Positions 30,608 to 44,149 of a DNA stretch of 64,000 nucleotides are shown piece after piece. The stretch is from Octopus vulgaris (Eukaryota), in assembly GCA_951406725.2 (NCBI GenBank), contig OX597830.1:37386001-37450000 (forward strand), read 5' to 3'. Within the stretch, counting starts at the first letter, position 1, and each line of letters starts with the position of its first letter. The notes under the pieces are model-generated. The model did no database searches, had not been told where the DNA came from, and was given only the letters and a program-made list of their open reading frames with translations. The position numbers were made by a program, and so were the translations under genes.

Positions 30608-30608
<1 letters not shown>
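30302..30608 (+). mobile_element. tRNA-derived SINE family C
   Basis: GC-rich island with a tRNA-like head GGAGGCGCAATGGCCCAGTGATTAGGGCGGCGGACTCGCGGTCGTAGGATCGCGGTTTCCATTCCC, between microsatellites. Confidence 0.65.
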
Positions 30609-30671
<63 letters not shown>

Positions 30672-31713
30672 GAAATGAGGTAATCAGAAGATCGGATGGT
30701 TTGTATTTACAGATATTTATTTATATATTACATGTTTTACATATATATCATATCACTTAGTTCATTAGCGCTTTCTCCCATTCTAGTGGGGTTTTCAAAT
30801 GAAAATAAGTATGAAAATACACATACATATATACATACGGTATCACAATAGCAGTATTTTATTGTGTATGTTGTGCTCTCATTATCCTGAGCATTGTGAA
30901 TTATGCCGTGGAACAGCATATTATCAATGGACAGTCATCAGGATATAGGGTGAGCTTGGAATGAATAAGGGACTTCCCTGTTGGTAGACCGCTAGAGTCA
31001 GAGCCGCAAATCCTTTTCCCAAATACAACGTAACAGTTTTTAAAAGACTAGGAAAACCGAACAGTGAAATTAAATAAAACAGAATCTCTGAATTTCTTAT
31101 AGTTCTGTTTTGTATCGACATATCTAAAAACAAATTACAATTTGATCAAATGTTCTTCGTATAGGTGTGTCTTCAGGTTATCCTGTTTTTTTTTCTCAAA
31201 TAAGACTGTCGCTGCGATAAGCGTTATTATACATGCGCACTACAAGTAGTCAAAATAAACATTTAACGTTGATGTTTCGTTAATGATGTAGCATTAAGTT
31301 TATTTGGTCCAGTAGAAAATTTTCCTTTGAATGTGCCATGAAGCAGCCTCTTTGCGTTGCATTTCCTCCAAGTTCTAGAATTGGCATCCAAATTTCCTTC
31401 AGGCAACGTATCATTGTCTTGGACAGCAGATAGACACAATGAATGGTAGGATCCAGGAAACAGACTTCTCAAAATTAGACAGAAGACTTATAGCTGGAAT
31501 GCAGTGGATATCCATCTTGATCCAATGCTATATCGGCCTAAATACCTACAACAGAATACCAATAACAAAATTCATATGGATGAATTCTACATAAATATGA
31601 ACAATATACTACAATACCGTTGTATATTTAAGAGATAAGGAATTATGTACATTATTTACATTATTTACATTATTTATATTTGACGGGTATTTGTCCTCAT
31701 CTTGTTTGTTATT

Positions 31714-31759
31714 AACACAGCGTTCCGGCTGATATACCCTCCAGCCTTCATCAGGTGTC
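31714..31759 (-). ncRNA. Degenerate copy of the same hammerhead
   Basis: Minus strand GACAC-CTGATGA-AGGCTG...CAGCC-GGAA-CGCT-GTGTT; GAAA->GGAA and GUU->GCU changes, so probably inactive. Confidence 0.65.
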
Positions 31760-31822
31760 TTGGGGAAATTTTGAACCTGGGTTCTCATCCTAAGGTATTG
31801 ATTTGAGGTATTATCATTATTA

Positions 31823-32860
31823 TGTTTTTCTTTCTTTCTTCAAATTTTCTTCCAGTTCTCGCCGAGTGTTTTCCATACACCTAGGGCAGAGAAGGGCATT
31901 GTATGCATTCCCAGATTACACGCACAAATTCACAGATAAAATATGTATTTAAAAATTAATAAATTCATGGATGGAAGTTATTTTCACAGCGATAGTGCTC
32001 TTCTCAGTACATGAGCTGTTGCAGTTAATACGATTTTTTGCACTTCCTGTAGGGATGGTAAGCCTGGAATCATTTTCAAATAGGTTTCAGTACCTTTTTT
32101 TTTATCATTCCTAGAGATCCTACAATCACTGGTACTCTAGTCGCCTTGAGATGCCACATTTTTTTCAATTTCTATTAGCAAGTCTTTATATTTACTAATC
32201 TTGTCAAATTCTTTCGCTGCTATATTGTGGTCACAGGGAATACTCATGTCAATTAATAAACACATCCTTTTTGTCTGATCTTTTATAATAATATCCGGTT
32301 TATTAGCTTTTATAGTCTTGTCCGTCTGCACGGGGTAGTCCCATAGAATCGACATATTTTCTCCCTCGGTCACAGCTTCAGGATGATGTTTATACCATTT
32401 GTCAGCGGTTTTGATTTTATAATGCCAACATATTGTCTAATGTAAATACTGGCCGACTCTGTCATGTCTTGCTTTATATTCTGCAGGTGCTAAGACTCTA
32501 CACCCTGAGATTAGGTGGTCTATTGTTTCAATCTCATCGTTACAGAATCGGCATTTTGGGTCAGCTCCAATTTTTATCACATTGGCTTGGTAGTTCCGGG
32601 TTAATAAGCTTTGGTCTTGAGCAGCTAATATGAAACCTTCACTCTCTGCTTTTAGCCCTGAGCTTCGTAACCATTGGTGCGTGTGTTTCTGGTCGACATC
32701 AGCTTGTTTGCTACGGGCCACATACTTGCCATGGAGAGGTTTCTGTTCCCATCAGCTTGCTAAATTTTCATGTGCTTTTGTCTTTGCAATTAATTTTATT
32801 TTCTTTGCAGCTGCAGTTGGCGCGTTTCCTTCAGCCTGCTCAATCTGGTGGGCATCTAAG
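31823..32860 (-). mobile_element. R4/Dong-like non-LTR retrotransposon, 3' fragment (CCHC finger + restriction-like endonuclease)
   Basis: Translates to ESEGFILAAQDQSLLTRNY...CRFC...ETIDHLISGC...YKARHD and ILWDYPVQTD...NKPDII...LIDMSIP...KYKDL; bounded by (TAA)n on both sides, the known Dong target. Confidence 0.85.
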
Positions 32861-32861
32861 A

Positions 32862-32929
<68 letters not shown>

Positions 32930-33098
32930 GGTCACTTGCCTGGAATCGAACTCGGAATCTAGTGGTTAGTAGCCCGCGCTCTTAACCCCAAGATTCTGAC
33001 TTCGATTCCAGGCAGTGACCTTAATAATGATAATAATAATAATAACAACATCAAAAAAATACCGTAGGAACGAGAATCCATTTTCAAAATTTCCCCAA

Positions 33099-33144
33099 GA
33101 CACCTGATGAAGGCTGGAGGGTATATCAGCCGAAACGTTGTGTT
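33099..33144 (+). ncRNA. Minimal type-I hammerhead ribozyme
   Basis: GACAC / CTGATGA / A-GGCTG-(10 nt)-CAGCC / GAAA-CGTT / GTGTT: canonical cores and the AACGTT palindrome typical of dimer-dependent PLE hammerheads. Confidence 0.82.
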
Positions 33145-33840
33145 AACAACGAACAAGATGAGGACAAACATCTCTCAAATATAAATAATGTAAATAATAT
33201 AAATACACTACAATTCCATCACTCTTGGGTATACGGGTAGTTTAGAAATACCTGAAGGAGTGACGACTGTGCCCTGTATAGTTCCGAGCTACGCTTTGGC
33301 AAGTTCATGGGACAGCGTCAAAGCGGTGTATGAGGGGGTAGCGGAGGGGATCAACTGATCTAACGGTGTTGCTGAGCGGAGGAATCCTAGGAAATCAATG
33401 CTCCCGATCACCAAGCTCTCTCAAGAGAGTAACGGCAAAGTATCCATAAATGTGGCATCTTAGGTCTCATGCTCCCGATTCGAATTCACAATAATGGAAC
33501 TGGATGGCGACAGTGAGTCATGGGAATGCGCGAAAACATCGAAAGAAGAATCACTCTAGTATATAAGTGCAAGAAAATATATACGTGTTAGCATGTGTCA
33601 CTGCTTGCTTTTTGTTTCTGGCCAATTAAAAACATTGGATTTTATTGTAAGTAGCATCTGGATTTTGCGATATTTGCGAAAAAATTGTAGTGAAATACAT
33701 TAAACTAAGCGCCCCACCTTCGTGATATACCAAATGTTTATTAATGTTCGTTAATAAGTCTTTTTTCATATTTGGAATAGAACTCGGCTATCGACACACA
33801 TATGCACACACACTGTCACGCACACATGTATTTATACATA

Positions 33841-33909
<69 letters not shown>

Positions 33910-33947
33910 TAATAAATATTAGGGAATAATAGTGGTTTTGTCTCTAA

Positions 33948-33997
<50 letters not shown>

Positions 33998-35710
33998 GCG
34001 CGCGTATGTGGGTGCGTGCTTTGTGCGCAGTATTTCTGCTTCAGACTGCCTATGAAAAATAATCTGCTGCAATCGAAGTTAAAGAAATTCGATCTAAACC
34101 ATGTTTCACATATTATTTCTCTATTCTCATTGTATTTACAAACAAATTCCAACACCGTTCCAAAGAGTATCACTAACGTATAATTTCTAAACAAAGATCT
34201 AATTAAAACTTGATATGCTTTCAAGTAGATTCGTAATTTCCATTATGTCAATTCATTAGAGATGCCACGATGTTTGCATAAAAAGAATTAGTAAACAATC
34301 TAGAATTTCATACAACCAACGTGAAATTGTTAAACCAGTCGAATATATTATTTGCATTGCGCAGAATTATAAACACACCGATTACCTAGCAGGTTGTTGA
34401 ACGAATGATCTATATGAAGATAATTAGGTATGTAATCGTGTGAAATCAATCACATGTGTCTGCGTCTACTCTTCAGTTCTGCAATATTCAAAGGAAACGA
34501 TTTTAATTTCACTATTTACTCTAAAAACAATTCTCTCTGATGTTCCTCTTCAAACAAACGCTGAGGCATTAAGTTTCGGATGATCAAACTATTTGGTGAC
34601 CGCAGAGAATCAAACCTCTGGTATTCATTCTGTGCCAGGTTTTTAAAATTTTTATCTTTTGTCGTCAAACTTCAATTATTGCGGGGTAAATCCGTTCATG
34701 TCCCAGATCACAAGATTTCTAAAGAGACCATGTAACTCACCTTCCTCTAGAAGAAACGAATTAAGAAATTTAAATACGACGTTATTAATGTCTACGTGTG
34801 TGACTAGGCGCCAATTCCAGTCCAGCTACACATATTTGGCTGAGATGATATTCTAACATAACACATTAACGCTAAATCCCATAGAGCACGCGGAGAGAAA
34901 CACGTGACTGCACTAAGCTAAAATGAAATATAGTATCCTAGTTTAGAATCTAATCTTATCTTTTACTAACCGGGCTTAAACTCCTCACCCTACCTTGCTT
35001 TATTCATACACATTTTTCTTTCTCCCTCACGACCAAAAATATTTCCGTACCCTCTCCCCTCCAGTTGATCCTTTCTTCAAATACCAATCCCACCACTATA
35101 TTCTCTGATTCAGCTAAAGCAACTATATTATCAACTACGAGTCAACACGTCTGGCCCAATTCCTCCTTCCTTTCACTCCCGTATATTTTTTCTTCTTTCC
35201 TCCCTTCTAATACTTATATCTCACTACATTTGTATACCCCTCTCATATCGTGACCTCCACACATTCTGATTGAATCTTCCTTGCGTCAACATGTACCTAC
35301 TTGTCACCCTGTAACTTTTAATCTAAACACGATATCCTCGGCGTGAAGGGTAGCTGGCAGTACACACCTCACTTGAATTTTCCCACTTCCATATGTAGCC
35401 CGGATTTTTCCCACTCCATTCCGTAACTCTTGCATTCTTTTTTGCACAGTCGGCAAGGCAATCCTGTTCGCCTGTTGTGGCATTTAAAAATAATTTTTTC
35501 TGCTCGTCTTCTCTTCGATAAATAAAACTAATCCGCAATCTTTCGTCTCAATAAACCACCATTGTTTCTGAATGTTGCTTTTTAAAAATATTTAATACGG
35601 ATTGCTCGAAGCTAACTTTTTTCCTATACCTCGATCCCTAAATCTTAGTTCTTGGACCACGTCCTCGAGTCATTGCTTTTTTCTTGTTCGTTCTTCTTTG
35701 TTTGGATTCA

Positions 35711-35751
<41 letters not shown>

Positions 35752-36162
35752 TAAATATACGTATATATCTACAATAGTTAGATATCTTTCATACCGAGTG
35801 CAACCTCGAAAATGTTAAATATCCAAGTGAGGTGTATACTTTAGGCTACTCGTCTGCCCAAGTGTTTCTTGTTTAAATGGAAGTTTACATTGTTGCAAGG
35901 AATTACATGGTAACACGTGGAACATTCCTTAATTCTTGTATTCATATTCCCATACCTGGAAATCCTGGTCGCCTACCGTGGAATATAAAAAGAACCTTTT
36001 TCCAGTTTATCGTACTTCGATACGAAAAATTGCAAAATCTGCCGTCTCAATAAAATATTTTTGTCCGTGAAAGCTTTTTTTTTATATTTACTACGGATTG
36101 CTTGAAGCTAACTTTCTTCCCACACCTCGATTCTTGGATCTTACACACAGACACAGACACAC

Positions 36163-36246
<84 letters not shown>

Positions 36247-36297
36247 AATATATACATATATACATGTATCCATATATATATATATATATATAGAGAG

Positions 36298-36362
<65 letters not shown>

Positions 36363-36739
36363 TAACAAGTAAATTAGCTACTTAGAAAATCCTACTCCCC
36401 TGATTGCAATATATATCGGTTGCAGATTGCAACAAATAACCAGCTGGAGGAGGCGTCTTTCTGGGGTTAATATACCAGTAATGTCGGTTCCTACGGAACC
36501 GCCATGTTTAAGTGGCTACAAATAGTACTTTTCAGTATAGTTACTGCTTTCATCTCCTATAGAGATTTTCTAACTAGCTAAGTTGCTTGTTGCAAGATCG
36601 GTGTTTGTGCGTCCACTAGTTTTGTATAGTAGATCGTACTTGACCAATTTGCCGCGCAGTGAAACTGAACCCAGAATAATGTGGTCTAGAAGCAACTACA
36701 TGGCTTCTTTTTCATATGTATGTATATATGTATGTATAA

Positions 36740-36962
<223 letters not shown>

Positions 36963-39191
36963 TATATATCTGTGTGTGTGTGTGTGTGTGTGTAAATAGT
37001 AAGGGATTTATCTAAACGTTTACCGGTTTGCTGTCAGTCAGGTATTCAAAATACCTTATTCAACTGTTAATATATAGATCCAGTAATATTCTTATTAGAT
37101 AAAAATTTATATGTGGACAAGGGCGTAATTTTCTCTTTCGGTGTTGAATATGCTTTTATTAGTTAAAGCGCATAAATCTCTAAGCAATCTTGTTGATTTG
37201 TCGTATTTTGTATACGTTTTGTGACTTTTATTTCAAATCCCTCATAGAACCTGAGTGTGCTCTCACAAAAGGAAGGAATCTAGGGACTACAGAAGAGTTT
37301 CGTTATGTATGCATGATAGTTTATATGCTCAAAATATATCCAGAGGAGTAATATGTTACAAGAATGTGGAAAATGTCCAAGAAAAAGAGGCAAACGAAAA
37401 GAGACACACGTATTTTGCAAAGCTTGTGTGAATGGCGGTAATTTCAGTTTTTCTCAATCTTTATTTTGTATTATTTTATTTGGCAATGCATGAAGAAACC
37501 TTTTATTCGGAAGTAAAATCTTGGATTTGAATAACATGCATTGGGTTTCATTTATACATTTCGTATATGCTATTTTTTCTGTGCGTGTATGCATATATTT
37601 AAATATATATAAGTATACATATACATACATTCACATATACATATATACCCATACATATATACACATACATATATACAGATACATATATACATATACACGC
37701 ATGCACACACACATAGAAAACATATGTATTTATGCGTGTACGTACACGCATAAATACATATACATATACATACATACATTCATATATCCATACTGCATTT
37801 GTATAATTTTAGCAATGCGTTGCTGGTAAAAATAAAATATTAATTTAAATATTGGGTCAAGAATTTTACAAACGAATGGTCTGTTTGAAAAAGGATTTCT
37901 TATGAGCAGGAAAGCATATATTTTATTTGAATTATACCCATACTCTAGAAGGATGTGTTTATTGCGTGAGAATTTGCATTGAATTTGCCATGTTTTTCAT
38001 TATAAATGACAATCTGCCACTTACTCCCCTCAGATTTAATAACGGATTCTATTCAATTATTGGCTAAATATATGCAGAATACCCTAGCAACAAGCTAGGG
38101 TGTTAGAAAATTTATAGAATTGTGTGAGAAGGAAATATTTTCAACGAAGCAAATCTGGTCTCAATAACACATTCCATTTATAACACGTTCCATTGATAAG
38201 GATATACCAAGTCATTTTAAACCATATGCTTTTTCCGTTCCAAGTTTTACAGAAACACTTTGCATTTCACATTAGTAAAGAATGTGTTATCGGAATCCTG
38301 ATGGTTTAACTTGACTGGTGAATTGCACCACTTAAAATATCTCTGTGTTGATATTTTCAGAGGGTTGTGAAATCATTAAACGTCTCCAATGAGTCAATCT
38401 ATAAAAATTCGTTTCGTATATCATTTGATTGATCAATATAGATTGTATTTAAGATATTTGGATGTAAATCCATGTGATTTGACTCATTTCATGAATTACA
38501 GCGTAGCTTGCTCAACAGATTTTCCTGCTAATGGATAACTCAGTCTGTCTGTCTGTCTGTCTGTCTCACCGTCTCTCCCGTTGTTCCTCTTCTCTCTCGC
38601 ACGCTCTCCTAATGTTTAAGTTTTCACCTGTCAGATTCAGAAATGGTGCATATTATATTCCATCCTCTCTCTTTCTAAGCACCCGACATTTCCAGTATCT
38701 TGTAGTATTGTCACATTGTGTGAGTGGATATATACAAGTTTTGACGTACCACACATCACGTCACTAGATAATAGATTGAAGCATAAAAATACCTGCTACA
38801 TGAAAAACTTCTGTTATGCTTTGCAGCTATCAACCAAATATTTCAGGTGAAGCGATTGTGTCTATGAAAGTATGTTTATTAATGATAACGACTGACAGGT
38901 CTTCGGAAATGTTTTCGCATGACAAAGCACTTGGATCTGTGGACACCTTGTTATATTTTTTCTTGTTGCCAAATACATTTTAAATAATGTTACTTTTGTT
39001 TTTGAAAGTTTTTACAATTCGATGGCCTGGACATTGAAAAATATAAGTTTGAAATCTTTTTATGCCTATTTTGAAGAACTGTGTGATAACATAGAATAGT
39101 GCTCGAATATTAAACTTCCATATTTAACATATATATTTTACTGCATTTATAATGAAAATATCGTCATAAAAATTGTTTCACAATATGGTAT

Positions 39192-39347
39192 ATTGTGTGA
39201 GAGAGCAGTGCATGCCATCAAAGCGACAGTGTGGTAAAATATACGAAGCTCAGTATACCCGCCATGACTCCCCGTCTGATAAGGGTACACTAGGCACATG
39301 CATCGCAACCATGTGTGCGTGATATGGAGATATCATATCAAGATGAA
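39192..39347 (-). mobile_element. 3' fragment of the 40178-40735 element
   Basis: Reverse-complement similarity to ~40580-40735. Confidence 0.7.
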
Positions 39348-39349
39348 GA

Positions 39350-40100
39350 CTTGTATGAAAATTATGAGAAAATATTAAAAGAATTTTAATCTACTTCTAA
39401 ACAGCTCAGAAAATCAAATTTACGAATGAGCAATTGTCTCCGCCGTGCAGCTTCTGGAATAGTGTGAACAAAAAAACCATTGCACATATCACGAACGAAT
39501 GCTCCAGACTTGCCCAAAACGATTACATGTTGTGGCGACACGACCAGATAGCGAAAGTACTACATTAGAAACTGTGCGAAAAGTGGGGGCTAGAGCGAGG
39601 CAAGGCGTGGTATGAGCACAAACCGTAGAGAGGGACAGAGTCGGAGATTACCAAAATCTTCTAGGATTTCCCAATCCAAACAGATCAGGTGCTATAACAT
39701 AATTAACTGGACCTAGTGATAGTGGACAAAGTGCTCCACATATACTATATAGTAGATGTTGCATGCCCCTTTTACCCCCGAAGATTCAAGAAGGAAGGTG
39801 AAAAGATAGATAAATACAACCTTATTAAGTTAGATATCGGCCGGCTATGGAAAGTGAAAAAGGTGAAGATAGTGTTAATTGATGATGGAGACTGGGGACA
39901 AAGTACCAGAACGCTTCAAAGGGAATTTGAAGCAAATTAGAATAGAGTTCCTAGTAGATGTTTTGCCTCCGTGGGACGACCAAATAATTAGGGAAGTATT
40001 AGGTGAAAAGACATGATAGTATTGTACAGTAGGCTGGAGGTAGCAAAACAGCTACCCGTTTATGACTCCAGGAGATCCAACATAATCTGTGATATAGAGA
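39350..40100 (+). mobile_element. Degenerate R4/Dong-like LINE 3' fragment
   Basis: TIAHITNECSRLAQNDY..RHDQIAKVLH, DFPIQTDQ and IVDVACPF...EKIDKY motifs with stops and frameshifts; ends in (AAT)n at ~40101-40177. Confidence 0.75.
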
Positions 40101-40177
<77 letters not shown>

Positions 40178-40179
<2 letters not shown>

Positions 40180-40735
40180 GCCATGATGCAGTACAAGACA
40201 GTGGCTCCCATGGCTTCTGATTTTAACTGATTGGAAGTGTTATCATGTACATTGTTTTGTCTTGGTATGAAAGATGGGCTACAGCAAATGTTCTGCTCAA
40301 TACCACATATTTGCCTGTCAGTTATTTGACCTTAACCAGTTGAGCATGCCCCTTAGTGGCTGACGATATATGCGTCTCTGATCTGAGAAGAAGTAGTGGG
40401 GGAATATCATAGCCGTGTGTTGAAAGGAATTCTTAGAGGTTTGGATAATTCACCTTCGAAACCATGGGTGGTTCGTTCAACATAGTTAAACAATCCTTAT
40501 TCAGGGTCCTTTTGAGCGGAATGCGCTACTTGACCAGTGGAAAATTCTAATTGGGCCCCACCTGCAAGGTCATGTGCTGTTTATCTTGATATGAGATCAC
40601 CATGTCGCGCACATAGGGTTGTGATGCATGTGCCTAGTGTACCCTTATCAGACGGGGAGTCATGATGGGTATACTGAGCTACGTATATTTTACTACAGTG
40701 TCGCTTTGATGACATGAACTGCTCTCTCACACAAT
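40178..40735 (+). mobile_element. Non-coding ~560-bp repeat bounded by (AAT)n tracts (candidate Dong-mobilised non-autonomous element)
   Basis: (AAT)n on both flanks; its 3' ~155 bp recurs inverted at 39192-39347. Confidence 0.6.
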
Positions 40736-40736
40736 G

Positions 40737-40785
<49 letters not shown>

Positions 40786-40846
40786 TAATAATAATAATAA
40801 CAACAACAACAATGATAATAATAATAATAATAATAATAATAATAGC

Positions 40847-40897
<51 letters not shown>

Positions 40898-41798
40898 AAT
40901 AATAGCAAAAAAAGAAGAGTGCCATTGTCAGCATGTGAACGATATTTCAACATCTCGTGTGTCTTCCACCAGTTCAAAAAATAAACGTGTCAATCTACTT
41001 CATTTAGGTTAATATGTATAGGATTGAGGTAACTCTTCCAGTAGATATAGAAGCAAAGAAAAAAAAACAGAAGTGCGTCATTGTCATCAAGTGAACGAGA
41101 CACATGAGATGTCGAAATATCGTTCATTTGGAAATTACAAGATGAAATATCCCTCCACCTAATCCGACAAATGCCTTTACGAAATTGCACAAGGCGATCC
41201 TGTAATTCTGAGTGATTACAGTGGAAGTAGAAACGCTGACACTGAATTTCACAATCCCAAAACAAGAATTCTCTCAGAGTGGTTCAAGCTCAAAGATATC
41301 AACCTGAAAGATCACAATGACCTTCCCAAGATTTATAGCTGAAAATAAAATGATAGATTAATAGACAAGGTAAATGGGATAATGAATTCTATGTAGATGG
41401 TAAATGAAATCGAATTCAACTCACTGAATAATCTACTGTTTCTTCAGCTTCAATAACCACTGCACTGTGTATCATACAATGAAACAGAGAGATTCAATAT
41501 ATGAACAAGAAACCAAGAGGGAAGTATAAATACAATTAGCATAGCATATTCAAATCTGATATTGAAACGTTGAAGAACGTCAAGGTAAAAATAAAATGTT
41601 AGTATACCAAAAGTTAAGAATCTGTAAAGAAGATATGAAAAAATGTAAGTGAAATCAATGAACCAACTGAAAAAAATAAAGCTTATAAGCCAAACAAAAG
41701 CAGCACGCGTCAGTGAACTCGAAAAAGGATCAAACATTTTGAAGGATAATAGAAGACTTGTAAAAGCTAATATAACTATTAAGACATCGCTTATTGGC

Positions 41799-41859
41799 CA
41801 GGACTATACAAAGATTTTCAGGACTATACAAAGATTTTCAGGACTATACAAAGATTTTC
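41799..41859. repeat. 20-bp tandem repeat, three perfect copies
   Basis: CAGGACTATACAAAGATTTT x3. Confidence 0.92.
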
Positions 41860-41869
41860 GACATACAAT

Positions 41870-42037
41870 AGGTGCAGGAGTGGCTGTGTGGTAAGTAGCT
41901 TTCTTACCAACCACATGGTTCTGGGTTCAGTCCCACTGTGTGGTACCTTGGGCAAGTGTCTTTTAATATAGTCTCGGGCCGACCAAAGCCTTGTGACTGG
42001 ATTTGGTAAACGGAAACTGAAATAAACCCGTCGTATG

Positions 42038-42088
<51 letters not shown>

Positions 42089-42158
42089 ATGCGTGTGTAT
42101 ACGTGTGTGTGTCTGTGTTTGTACCCCCAACATCGCTTGACAACCGATGCTGGTATGT
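41870..42158 (+). mobile_element. SINE family A, 3'-truncated
   Basis: Head and body match 4911-5170. Confidence 0.82.
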
Positions 42159-44149
42159 TATGACAAATCTCTGCAATTTCATTATGAGGATCCCATGAAA
42201 ATCCTTCTCTAGTTACTTACTAGAAAATGTTTTGGGGGTGAGTTTGGCACATTTTATTTCATACAATTTTACTTTTGAAAATATGTTTCCTGCGCCTATT
42301 CCGTGTCTGTGAGGCAAGTCAAAATCTGAACAATATCCTGTTATCAAGCCTATTGAGCAATCATTTTTGAACGGATATTTGACCAAAGAGACTTGTCCCT
42401 CTTCATTCGTAGTTTTGAAGACTAGACTTACGCTTCACTTGAAACAACGGCCGGAGCTTTTGTAATTCTCCATTTTTGAGGTGCATAAGGTGGGACCTCT
42501 ATCTTAGTGAGATAGAGATATGTCAATCTGCCTTTTGAGAATTAGTTGATGCATTTGATGGACAAAGAGGCACTATCATTCCATTGCCGAGAATTTTGCT
42601 TTTCGTCAGGTGACCAAGATTAGATTGGTCATCTTTGTCTTGTAACAGCAGCAAAACTGTGGTTTTTGCTGTGTATGGAATGGAGACCACTTTCTTTTGA
42701 GTTAGAGTTGTGTGACATCTGGTGAGACTTGGCGACTATTCCTATTATGTCGTTTGACTATTACAACATTTAGGTTGGATCTAAAGCAGATACCCTTTAC
42801 AGAAACATCATTACAAATAGCAATTCAATATCCCTTTAAGTGACATTTACATGTTGCTTCTTGAAATGATTTCGTGAGAGCACCGGAAAATAAACCAGAA
42901 TGCAGCGTTGCTTACAGTATATATCGTAGCTACTCATATTTTGAATTTCTGAAGAAAACAGCATTTGAATAAAAAGGGAAAGTGCTGCGCTTGTAGCATT
43001 TTGAGTGCTTTGAAAATAAGGGTGGCTTTCATACTATAAACACAAATAGATAAATGAGCCTTTGGTCATTTGTAGTTTACTTTTTGAAGGGAAGTTGATA
43101 GCGTACTTCTAAACTATTTGCTTTGATACTGATAACATTTATTCCCTGAGAATATATGTCCGTTAGTGGAACATGAGAAATATTATCTCATGAAATCCGT
43201 GAAGCATAATTTATCGTTAATCTGGAAATCTAATAGCCAGTTGTTCTTTTTCTATGTTCTGCTTTGTCAAAATCAGTGTCTTTGATGTTTTCTGAGATTA
43301 TTGATATGCACATGAATAGAATTCCTTCGTTGCTATTGAATAAAATAGGTTGCGTGATGTGTGCCAATATAACTCGTCTGTGGATGCTGTTACGATAACA
43401 ATATGCGGTTCGCAAAATATTTCATTCGTGTATTTAACAATATCGAATTAATAGCAGAGTTGGGGATAAAGGAAGGAACACAGACTTGTCCTACTATATT
43501 CCTAATTTCATTTGATATTTAATTATAAGCTTCCTTTCAACATTTGACATCTTAAATGTCTCTATAGCCCAATTAAGAGAAATTTACGTCATACTCTCTT
43601 TTGCTTCTTTTTTTTCAGATTAAATAAACATAAAACTGACACTAGATCTCATAGAATCTGGTCACCATTCTGTTTTAGCTTCGGAGAAATGCTTTGGATA
43701 ATTTATTCTCGCTCTGTAGAATCTGATTTCCAATCACGCCGAGGTCAACCTAACATTTCATTCGTCCTACTGGGACGATAATATAATGGCCAAATCAAAT
43801 TCTAAAGTCTATACTATCGAATAACTAGATGACTAAAATTGCTGGCTTTGTTACTAAATTCGAAGCCATAATTTATGGACACACTGTGCCATCCATTTTA
43901 TCTATTCCTAAGTTGAAGAAATACGCCCTCTATGGAATTTGAAATCGTTATGCTATTTTGATTTATCTATTCTATGAAATCATTGTCAACCTTAAAACAT
44001 TACTCGTTCATTTGCAGCCCTTTCCCTTAAAGCGTTTTCAATGATTTTTACCTCTCACAAGAAAATATCCACATATGATGCTAACCGTGTTAGCGGGTAC
44101 GCAAGATAGATAGAGAGAGGTGGAGGACAACTGAATACAGGTCTATACT

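Larger units (their letters stand above)
31621..33201. mobile_element. tRNA-headed, (AAT)n-containing, hammerhead-tailed element as a head-to-head inverted pair; left copy interrupted by an R4/Dong-like LINE
   Basis: Minus copy 32987->31621 (with an insertion at ~31823-32860) and plus copy ~32983->33201. tRNA-like B-box GTTCGATTCC at ~32942-32951 (-). Degenerate 18-bp direct repeats at 31603-31620 and 33202-33219 (15/18 identical). Confidence 0.75.

Noticed and set aside
33240-33560. GC-richer stretch with SNGVAERRN (copia integrase-like) on + and a possible splice acceptor on -
   Set aside because: All frames examined are interrupted by stops and there are no other integrase motifs; cannot be assigned without a homology search.
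35535-36142. ~100-bp imperfect direct repeat (about 35537-35645 versus 36037-36142)
   Set aside because: Real similarity, but most simply two decayed fragments of one repeat; no diagnostic termini.
40178-40280. Hammerhead, HDV-like or twister ribozyme at the 5' end of the (AAT)n-flanked element
   Set aside because: The core reads ATGATGCA with no valid stem III/NUH, and HDV and twister pseudoknot elements could not be placed; kept only as a hairpin.
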